From positions 25,307,783 through 25,371,782 of the forward strand of contig CM119267.1 in NCBI GenBank assembly GCA_051294375.1: a stretch of DNA of 64,000 nt, given 5' to 3'. Within the stretch, counting starts at the first letter, position 1; each line of letters begins with the position of its first letter. The translations under genes were made by a program, and so were the position numbers. Shown here in pieces: positions 47,075 to 57,923 of the stretch. This stretch comes from Paraspadella gotoi. Lineage: Eukaryota; Animalia; Chaetognatha. Below the pieces are notes generated by a model. That model saw nothing but the letters and a program-made list of their open reading frames with translations. It was not told where the DNA came from and ran no database searches.

Positions 47075-49735
47075 TACGCGGAGTATGACCCGCTCTTTCT
47101 CTTTCTCATACTCAGTCCTTGAATCAAGAGAAAAAAAAATCCGAGAGATAATTCCATCGTATTGATACATCTTCCCCCCCCCCACCGATGTCTTGCATTT
47201 CGACCTTCACCCCCAATTTCCCCCATCTACCCACCACCCCTTTCGCGATTTTCTCGATTCTCTGGACGAACGCTCAAAATCCTTAAATCTCTCTCGCTCG
47301 AAAGTCTACGGAGTATTTTTGAAAAAGATTTTCTCATCAAATTTGTTTTTCTAGAATTTTTACTTTCGCGCTTCCCTCGTTCTCTAATTCCTCTTTGAGA
47401 CACTACTGCTCAAATATTATTATTTGGCATTCTTGTAAGCTCTCTTGATCGCCGATTTTTGACAAGGGCTCAAATTTCACCGCTGCCACCAGGTGGAATT
47501 TATTGGTTGATTGATGAAATAATTTTACGAGGGCCAATCTTTGTAAATGGGGTGGGTCAGAATTGGGTTTGAATTGGGAACCTTTCTAAATAAAACTTCA
47601 TACATTTCTGAGAAAACTTTCAATGGACCCAAATTTTCTAAAATGGCTTGAAGCACTAGTAATTAAGTTTTTAATATTTATTTATAGATGGAAAATCTCA
47701 ACTTTTTTTTTTTAAGTAGATTCAGATAGCTTATGGAAAGTTGTCTATACAAAGTATAATTCTTTTTTCAATATTTTGATGATAAGTAGGTTAAAATTGG
47801 GAAAAACCTTAAAAAATAATCATCATCATCCGATGATTTTTTCAGTTTTTACTAAATTTCAGTAATAAAACATCAAAATTTTAAAAAGTTGTAATTATAT
47901 TTTTTGCTTAACTTTTGGAGCTCAATTAAATCAATTAAAAAACTTAAAATATTCAAAAAAAATGTAGCAATATAATAATTTTAATTAACGAATTACTCAT
48001 GGTTGGAAACATTTTTGCAAAAAAATATTGTATCACAATAATTAATACCAATAATGAATTAGTTTAATGCTGTTCCCATTCAAATTTGAATTTGGTCGGC
48101 TACCGCTAATTTTATTTTATTTTATTTATTTTATTTTCCCGAAAAACAATGTTATTAAAACACTACGAAAATCGGAGATCATAAGAAAATTAAAAGAATT
48201 ATAATTAAAAATATTTGCGTATTGGTCTCATTCCTTCTCTTCCCTCTTCCTCTGCGCTTCTTTATCCTCAACGTCTCTATTTCGAGCGTCAAAAGTCCTC
48301 ACTTTTTGCGTCCAATCGATGATAATAATATTTGGTGTAATGCTCAATAATGAAATCTACAACCGTTTATCTCGTCACTTGTTTTTTTTTCAACTTTGTT
48401 TCGAGCATGGATTTATTTTTACGTTGACTTATTGCGATGATTTTGTATTTCATATGTCGGAAAGGCGAAGGGATATTTTTTCAACGATTATTGTTTTAAG
48501 GTAGATTTACGTTTAGTTTGCGTAATATTATAATTTACGTATTTATACGTATTTAAATCATGTTTGTCCCTTTTCCTTTCTTTGATTATTATCCCTATTG
48601 GATGCCAACTTTTTGTTTAATTTTTTTTTATCTTGAATCCATGCGACGATATTCGACTAATGCTTTTTTTGTAGTTTTCAACGTTTTTTTTATTAAGAGT
48701 TATCCTTTTTTCCCGCTTAACCACCAGAATTAGTCAAGCTTGTTTATTTCGTTTTATTTTAAAAAAAAAATATTTTCTGACCATTTTCTATGTAAATTAA
48801 CTTTATATTTTTAGATAATCCCGCTTAGTAGAGTAAAATTACTATAGTGGATCGTTGCTGTTTTTTGTATCTAAAAAATAGGTACTTTATCTAGCTTAAA
48901 AGGTTAATCGTTCTCTCTTATCCGTCCATAAATCTATTAAGTCAAAATTGGCCATTGTCGAACACGCGTCCATTGTTTTAGTTTTAAGAACGACGCTGGA
49001 TCTTTTGTTTTATTTGTTGCCCAGTTTTTTAAATTAAGCAAGTTCAATAGTCGCTTTACGATCTTGTCCAGTTTTTGAAAATGCTTGAATTTGCTCAGAT
49101 GTTAATGTTTCATAAATTCATCATTTTCGCCTTATTACGCCTCAAAACTAATTTTTTTCTTTTTTTCTGAAAATCGAAATTATTTTCTTATGCGAGAGTA
49201 AAAAATCAAAAAAAGTTCTTCAGCTTTTTCTCAAAACAGAATTTGTTGAGAACTTTCTTGGGAAACATGACAAAAACCGATATAAGTGCTTTTTCTCAAA
49301 TCTTTACTTTTTAATTCTTGTTAAGTAACAATAAATACTTAATTATATGTTGAAATCGTACTTAGTCAATTCGATTGTGAGAATACCTCCTTAAGCGCTT
49401 AGTATTTTCCTTTCTTTTTTTCTACACCATGTAAAAAAAAAAATCTTATGTAGCCGGAATTTCTGTTCAGTTTGGTGGCCTTAAACGTTTTTATTGTATT
49501 GTAATTAAACGACAAAAACGTAAGATACTACAAAAAGCCTCGGTGTACTGAATGTATACGAAAGCCGGCGCAAGCATTGCTTGAAAAAGTTTTTTTTAGA
49601 CCCGGTGATGGGTTCTTTTTATCCTCGCTCATTAGCGTGTTTTTTATCTTTTTAGTCGAATCGAGAGAACGTCCGGACGATGACCGAATCTTAAAAACAA
49701 AGATACAAAACAGAAAAACAAAATTGAAAACAAAA

Positions 49736-50231
49736 ATGTCAGACGAAGAAAAATTAAATGAAAAAAGTGAGGAATCGAAGGAAGCGTCGATCGAGGATTC
49801 AGACTCGCATCAAATGGACGATGATGACGACGATTTTGAAGACATGAGCGACGATGACGAAGAAAACGATGATGACGACGACGACATGTCGGCCGACGAC
49901 GAAACAGGAGAGAGCGTTCCCCCGACCAACCGGCGAGTCTACCTTCCCGGTCTCGCAAAATTGAAGTCTGGGGAAGCCCTGGAACATGACCCTTCCGCCT
50001 ACGTCATGCTTCACAGGGCTGAGTTGAACGCTCCCTGCCTTAGGTTTTCCAGTCCGATTATTCTTAAATTTAGTGCACTCTGTATTAAAGAGTAGTATTT
50101 CCTTGTGTTAACTGCTAAACTGTACAAATCTTTTCTCATTGTTTCTATTCAGCTTCGACGTCCTCCCTGACGACTTGGGCGAAGCCCGCGGGGATTTCCC
50201 CGCCTCTTGTTTCGTCGTTTGCGGGACTCAG

Positions 50232-50270
<39 letters not shown>

Positions 50271-53200
50271 AAGAAGAAGAAAGAGGATAAGGTGGTCGTG
50301 GTCAAGATGACAAACTTGGTAAAAACTTTTAAGGAAAAGCGAAAGAAGGATAAAGAGGAGGAAGAGGACGAGGAGAGCAGCGAAGATGAAAGCAGCGATG
50401 ACGAGGACGAGGAAGAAGAGCCGGTCATGAAAGCGGCGATGATTAACCAAATAGGTGAGATGGAAAACTGAACCTTTTCTCTTTCTTTATTTCTAGATTT
50501 AATTTTTCTCCTTCACCCTCTTCTACACTTATCTTCTTTTCTTCTTTTCTTCTTTTCTCATTTTTTTCTTTTCTCATTTTCTTCTATTCTTCTTTTCTCA
50601 TTTTCTTTTTTTCTCATTTTCTTCTTTTCTCATTTTTTTCTTTTCTCATTTTCTCATTTTCTTCTCCCTTATTTTCAAACCAGGCGCCTGCAACAGGATC
50701 CGCGGTGTCCGCATCGGCGCCAAGCGTTTCGCGGCGTCGTGGTGCGACTCTGGACGAGTCTTCGTGTACGACTTGACGAAGACTTGGGATGCATTGTCGT
50801 CGGAAGAGGGGCTAAAGGACTACGCCGCCCAACGCCTCGACGCCCGCATCAAACCTTGCGCGAGCTTCAAGGGCCACCTCGCCGAGGGCTTCGCACTGGA
50901 TTGGTCGCGGACAGTCGAGGGAAAGCTGATCACCGGAGATTGCAAGGGTGAGTCAAAGAACAAAGGGAAGTGGAATGATTGTCTTTTTGCGCAGGCCTTT
51001 CTTGCCAAGCAATTGAAAAATGATGAAATAGAATAGAAAGTCTATGGCAACAGCCGGGTTGCCTGTGATGCCCATTGGCCATCTCACTGTTGGCTTTGGG
51101 GGCTTCCGACCCNNNNNNNNNNNNNNNNNNNNNNNNNNNNNNNNNNNNNNNNNNNNNNNNNNNNNNNNNNNNNNNNNNNNNNNNNNNNNNNNNNNNNNNN
51201 NNNNNNNNNNNNNNNNNNNNNNNNNNNNNNNNNNNNNNNNNNNNNNNNNNNNNNNNNNNNNNNNNNNNNNNNNNNNNNNNNNNNNNNNNNNNNNNNNNNN
51301 NNNNNNNNNNNNNNNNNNNNNNNNNNNNNNNNNNNNNNNNNNNNNNNNNNNNNNNNNNNNNNNNNNNNNNNNNNNNNNNNNNNNNNNNNNNNNNNNNNNN
51401 NNNNNNNNNNNNNNNNNNNNNNNNNNTCAGGACGCCTCCAGTCACTGGCGCGGTTACCCAGGACGGTCTCGCTTTGCCAACGCAGAGGGAAGTCGTTAGG
51501 ACTGTGGATGGAACACTAGCCTGGGATGGTGTGTTCCCCCTCTGAGCCAATGTATTTGGCTGAAGGATGGTGGACGTGAGGCGGTGTGAATATACCGCCA
51601 CAGGATCCCCGGACCAAGACATCACTCAGGTTCCTCAAGCCTGAGAGGTGTCTGACAAGACTGTTACCATAGTGGGAGAGAGAGAGCGCGAGTTTGGGGG
51701 CATAGGCGTTTGTCGTAGCATACCCCAGGGGCTATAGGTCCGAGTTTGTCGTAGCGTACCCTGAGAAGGTTGCGTGTTCGATAGTAGGGCTCACCACTTA
51801 TGGCAACAGCCGGGTTGCCTGTGATGCCCATTAGGATGGGGCATCTCACTGTTGGCGTTGGGGGCTTACGACCCTCAGCGACGCCTCCAGTCACTGCGCG
51901 GTTACCCTAGGACGGTCTCGCTTTGCCAACGCCTGGGATGGTGTGTTCCCCCTCTGAGCCAATGGATTTAGCTGAAGGATGGTGGACGTGAGGCGGTGTG
52001 AATATACCGCCACAAGTCTTTCTTTTACGATCAGGTGGAATCCACGCATGGACCCCAAGACCCGATTCGACAGACGCCTGGACTGTTGACCAGCGGCCTT
52101 CTTAATCCATTTATATATATTTAAAAATTCTCATGAAACAGCAAAATTAATGGCCTAATCCATAATACAAAACCGTCTAACTTATGTTTATTCGTTAAGT
52201 AGGTTAATGATAAGAATAAATAATTAATAATATCAATTAGTATTATAATATTATAATTATAATTATAATTAATATGTTAGTATTATTATTGTAATAATAA
52301 TATTGATAATGATAATTGTTATCTCAGAATCTGGGACACTCGGGCCAACCACGCGTCGGCCAACATGTTGACGGTGAAAGAGGCTCACGACGCCGACGTG
52401 AATGTGATCAGTTGGAATCGGACGGAACCCTTCATCGTCAGCGGCGGCGACGACGCTCTCCTCAAAGTCTGGGATCTGAGGAAACTGCAGGTCGGGGTTT
52501 GGGGGAGAAAAGGGGGGGGGATGGTTCAGTTAGAGGAATTAAGAACGTCTCTTAAGCAGGACTTAAAAGGGATTTGATTATCAAATGTGGTTAATATTAT
52601 CAAAAATTATATATTATCTGAGAAGGATAAGTTTCGTTCGAGATAGAAAATTTCAAATTTTCAGGCGGAGGGAAAAGAGACTCGCTAGATCGGAGAGAGT
52701 TGGCGCTCTTCTCGAACAAAAGGGAATAGCGGCTTCTGATTTTTCAGAAAACAGAGAGAGAGAGAGAGAGTATTTTCTCCTTTCCTCGCTTCACTCTTTA
52801 GTCTACCATTCCGGCGCCCATCGCCTCGTTCAAACATCACTCCTCCGCCATCACCTCCGTCGAGTGGCATCCCACGGACTCTTCCGTCTTTGCCTCTTCC
52901 GGGGCCGACGATCAGGTAAGAATTCGTCCTAGACATATTTGAAGCATATTTTGACGGAAAAATAAGAAAGTAAAATTTCCGACGATTAGTTCAGTCTTGT
53001 GCAAAAAAAAAAAAAGAGGCCACCTTAAACCAAAAATTAAGTTAGATTCGTTCGTTATATAATAATATATAATAGGTTATGGTGGACTAAAATCCACCAA
53101 CCGTTCATCAGTGGGCATTGGCGCCGGAGGCAAGTCATTCACCTCCCAACCCAAAGGTCCGGGGTTCTTGCCCGGTGGTCGCCTCGCAGTTAAGAGGAAC

Positions 53201-54406
53201 GGGGCGCTTAACCCACCTGTAGCATGGTGTTACAGCCTGATCCGAAGCACAGGGACTGCTTATATTGAACGGTTCTGTCACTAACACATAACTATAGTTA
53301 CTGTCTCTTCAAGGTTAAAGTAATTACTCAAACAGAGCGAGAGAGCATATTAAACCTTAAGGCGTAGTAAAATTTCTAAATTTAACTTTAATTAAAATTC
53401 TAAAAGTGAGGAACGAACAACATTATACTCATGAACATTTATGTAATAAAAAAATTTATAATAAATTTTACTATTTACGCAGTAGGCCATATTTATACTA
53501 GTACTAAACCAATAAATGTTAAAATTTCAAAACAATTTTTTTAAAGATTTTTTTGCAGATTTGGATTCGTCATAAAAAGTTGATATAAAGAAATATAACT
53601 CTTTTTAAAAAATTCCTTTATTAAGTAGGTCAAAAATTTAAAAAAATTATATTTTAAGCTGAAAATTAATTTTTTTTATATTAAATATAGTTTTTTTAAA
53701 TTTTAACCCACTTAATGAAAGAATTTTTAAAAATGATTTATATTTTTCTTTTATCAACTTTTGACGAGGAATTCAAATCTGTAATCAAAATTATGAAAAG
53801 CCTATTTTGAAATTTTTCGATTTTATAAGGATTGTACTATATATAAATATAGCCTACTGCGAAAATTAAAAAACATAAAATTTTTTTTTAAAAAATTAAT
53901 GTTCATTGATGGTATGTTGTTCATAATACTTTTAGAATTTTCGTATGTAATTTTCACTACGCCTTATTCTATATTTAGGATACCAGAGCACTTGAATGAT
54001 TAGACCGATTTTATTTAAACTTACACTTATGGATTTCCCTTTTAAAATTCTTTATTTTCTATTCATAATTTTTGATATTACATGCATAAAATGTACGTAT
54101 TTTAAGATTTAAGTTTTTTGCAAAGTTCTATATTATTAAAATTAAATTTTTATTTGGCAGATCGTACAATGGGATTTGGCGGTCGAGCGCGACGACGACG
54201 TCTCCCAAGAAGACGCGTCTCGTCCTTCCGCCTCCGCTGCAGCCAACGACGAAGACGCCAGGGTGCGCCAAATACCGCCGCAGCTTCTCTTCATCCACAT
54301 GGGACAAAAAGAGATAAAGGAGATCCACTGGCATTCTCAGATCCCCGGCCTTATGATCTCTACGGCCTTGGATGGGATAAACGTTTTCAAAACTATCAGC
54401 GTTTGA
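49736..54406 (+). CDS. GRWD1: Glutamate-rich WD repeat protein 1 (Rrb1); exons 49736-50043, 50153-50454, 50684-50947, 52035-~52101 (truncated), 52328-52490, 52802-52915, 54161-54406
   Basis: VYLPG...[86 protein letters not shown]...FKTISV*. Confidence 0.92.
51043..52014 (-). mobile_element. Small non-autonomous two-LTR element (TRIM/retrozyme-like, family E3); LTRs 51799-52014 and 51043-51602 (N gap inside)
   Basis: 4-bp TSD AGTC at 51039-51042 and 52015-52018; LTR termini TGTGG..CCATA; ~195-bp non-coding interior; twister at 51851-51930 and across 51088-51481. Confidence 0.8.
53078..53311 (+). mobile_element. Family E1 element with degenerate twister (53186-53259); mirror at about 32324-32545
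   Basis: Perfect 4-bp TSD AGGT (53074-53077, 53312-53315); termini TA...CA; 234 bp. Confidence 0.75.
53361..53963. mobile_element. Kolobok-like MITE
   Basis: ttaa|ggcgtagt...actacgcc|ttat. Confidence 0.65.
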
Positions 54407-54613
54407 TCCCTTTCCTTCCTTCCTTTAAATTTTTTTGGTTTTTGTTGTTAAAGATTTTTTTTATCGACTGTTATGCGAGAGATGCTGCCAAGAAACAAAA
54501 TAAAATTCGAGCTTCCGTCTCCACGTTCTCTCTCTTCGATTTTTCTTTTTTTTTTTTTTTTAGGCTATCTTTTTTAAAGTAATTTATCCCACCGACATTT
54601 ATTCGAAGAGAAA

Positions 54614-56492
54614 ATGAAAGAAGTTATTTCATGGACTTTAAAGAGTTTGGGGATGTCACTTCGACCGCGCTTCCGTTTCGGCGTCGACGCCAAACATTTG
54701 TCTTTGAAAAAAGCTCAGATTCGCCTTAAAAAGTTTGAGAGTAAAGACGCACGTAGAAAAGGCATCTCAAAAGATAGTGGAAAAAAAATAAGGCGCGTTT
54801 GCCCCCCGCGGCGGGCTAAGGGAAATTTGCGCTTGGTGGATTGTTTCGCCACCAGTAGATCCACTGAAAAGGTCCTCTCGCCAGAATCATCATCCCAGAC
54901 CGTCCAAGGCTCCGTCGAATTCCAGGCCTTGAATTCGAGTCGTGCCGACATCAAAGTCGAGGTCAATGAGTTTCCCTCCAATTCGATTTCTCCTCAAGAG
55001 AATGGCATCGACGACGAATTGGAAGATGTGAAGAATATATCTATGATCCCCATGGACTGCGAATCGGTCGAAACTCGGGACTGGCTCGTCGTGATGAAGA
55101 TCGAGTCTGACTTGAACAAGCTCGAGGATCAGATCAACTTGAATTTTGGAAACTCGAAAGAGGCCGATTTCTCGGAAAAGATCATCGAAGGAAAAACTCA
55201 TGGAAATTGATAAGACGTTTTGTGATAGTCTTCAAGATAGGGACATCATTTTTAAGGCGTCGCCTGACTCATCATCGCTGCCTAATGAGGAAAAGGAGAA
55301 GAAGCTGCAAGTCTCGGAGGTAGATACGACAATGATAGAATCGTTTTCTGACGGAGACAACGATTGCAAAATGGGAAGAGAAGTCGTGAATTCTAAAAAG
55401 ACAAACGACGGTGCCGAAAATTGTGATGAAACGTCATCCTTGTCGCCAGTCTTTGTTGCGGGAGACGTCTCAGCATCTTCGTCGACGTCTTCATCTTCTT
55501 TATTATCTTCTTGTTTAAGAAAGTTGGAGGCGGCGGGACGATCTATCGTAAACGCCACCATTCGTCGCGTTTCCTTTTCTCAGATCGTGGCGGTGGCTCG
55601 TCTCCCACCATCACCTACTCGCGAGCCACGGACGAGATCTTGCTGCTCGCTTCACGGAGAAGATTAGGAAAGTGGGAAAGGGAAGCAGGGTCAGAAGAAA
55701 ATCCGAGCTGGAGCCTCTTTGTCATCGGATGAGGCAGATGATGGTTGGGGCGGAAGACAAGGGTCACAGATTGGCGGAGATCGCTATAATCAGGAAGATG
55801 CTGATAAATCCGACAGGTTTGACATGTTCGGCGATCCAGAAAGCGACAATCTCTGCGCGGTAGAAAGTAATAGTCTATGCGCAGAAGATAGCAACAATGT
55901 ATGCGCAGTAGGAAGCAATAGTCAATGCGCAAAGGAAAGCCCCAGTCAATGCGCACAGGAAAGCCACAGTCGAAGGACAGAAGAAAGCAATAGTCTATGG
56001 TTAGAAGGAAACAACAATCTAGGCACAAAACAAAATAGTCCATCCCCCGATGAAACCAACAGTCCGTCTGCAGAAAGAAGCGAGAGTCTTAATGCAAAAA
56101 AAAATGATAGTCTTTACGCTCAAGATTGTGATAGTTTAATATCTATAAAAAGCGAGGATCTGTTTACGCGAGTGAGCGACAGTATTCGCGGTCAAGGAAG
56201 TGACTGTGTATGCATTCTGTATAGCGACAGTTCGGGCTCTCAAGAAAGCTTTCTTTGCTTCGATGATTTGGATGACAATGGTTTTGTCAATATTAGGTCT
56301 TCCAAATCAAATCAAGATGAAGACGATGAAGTCGAGGTGCTGCGAGTCATGGTATCTAGTCGCGGCCTCAGGATCGCCTGCAATGTGTGCGAAGGCTCAA
56401 ACAGCGTCTGTCCTATTCTGACAAAGGTCACCGCTTTCTACAGCATTTCTGACCATTTGGAGGAGCATGTTAGAACGCGGAGCTCTTCGTGA
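54614..56492 (+). pseudogene. Intronless ~620-codon orphan ORF with one frameshift (about 55190) and one in-frame TAG (55665-55667); C-terminal CxxC..HxxxH
   Basis: ORFs 55146-55667 and 55719-56492 are in the same frame with only one stop between them; 54614-55210 overlaps in another frame; coding-like composition. Confidence 0.5.
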
Positions 56493-57923
56493 AGCGCGAG
56501 ACTTTTATTTCAAAAATCTTTAGTTTAGTTTTTAGATTAAGGTCATTTATTTGATTAAATTTCTCTATTGCAAGAAAATTACATTTTAATTGTGTTGATT
56601 TTTGATTTAGAATTGTAAAAAACGGGGGAAAAAAAGAAGTCTGGGCGAATTTGGAGCAAACATAATCATCATTCCGAATCTCAACCTTAAATTCCCTCTC
56701 AACTCGGTGCGTTCTCGACATTTATCTGGGTCAATGGATTTTACTCAAGTGAAGAACCCCCCTTGGTTCTTTTTTTTTTTTTTTTTTTTTAAATTCTTTT
56801 ATTTTAAGCGTTTTAAAAAATGGACTTAATTATGCGGTGGGGGGAGGGCGAAAGACTCAGACCCACACGGCGTAACGACCACACAGTACTTCGTAAAAGC
56901 CGAAAAGAAATTCTTGCGCGGTTCATCTAGTTTTGCCCGCAAGATTCATGGACGGTCATGTGTATGGACTCGTGACAAGAAAACTTAGGACGATTTCGTT
57001 ATAGACAAATTAAGACAAGACCGTTTCTCCGTCATTTTAAGCTAGTTGGATTTTTTTTTGTTTTCTTTTTTTAAATCACAAATGAGTAAGGTAAAGCAGC
57101 CCCTTTGACTGTGGATCATAAAATAGTCCCAAAAAAAACTTGACTTTATACTATAATTTCGGGTGAAGAAAAGAAATTAGAGACGTTGCGAAATGTGTGA
57201 TAGTAACCTGGCTCTATATATATAAAAAAATGGACAATTAATTTCACGAACTGAACGTGTTACGATTTGGTCCCGTCTCGATCGTCAGTGCTATGGACTA
57301 ACGTATTCAGAGTTAGGGGTCTTCACTGCGGATTCTTTTAATGAGAGACGGACTGCCAGAGAAAATATGATTTCTTGTTTCGTAAGAGGTAAAATTATCC
57401 GCCATTTATTGTGTTAGAACCATTTTAAATCACATATGATTCTTCTCGCGATATTTGAATGAGCTGGAGACTGAGGAGGTACAAGTGTCTTCGCTCAAGG
57501 TAATAAATCCTTTCATGATTGAGCCGAAAAACAAATATGTATATTTACAGCTCAGACTGTAGGAGGGTGAGATAATCTTAATGGGTTGGAACAAAGTTGA
57601 TCCTGGATTTTTTAAAATTTTATAACATCCAAAAATTTTTGTCAGTTACGTTAAGGATTTTCCTAAGACCGGATTGGCAAGATTGTCAAGTCGCTCTAAA
57701 CAATAATATGAAAATAATTAAAAGGGTTCGACTACGTATAAGTCAATGGCCAAATATTTGGCGATGGCCATTGGCCAATGGTCATGGTGCTCCAAATTAG
57801 TTTTTGTCCTCGACCCGTGTGCCGGGGAAAAAGTTCAACGTGGCCCCCTATTTTTCTTTTCTTTTTCCGCGACGCTCGTCTCGAAGACGAGGCCGTAGCC
57901 TTTTTTGAATCGCTGGATCAAAG

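Larger units (their letters stand above)
31859..53783. repeat. ~10.4-kb inverted duplication, arms 31859-42175 and 43305-53783
   Basis: Continuous reverse-complement identity with dense single-base indels; the left arm starts right after the N gap. Confidence 0.9.

Noticed and set aside
50930-51625. Long ORFs spanning the N gap
   Set aside because: Artefacts of Ns; the mirror copy shows the real gap is only a few bases.
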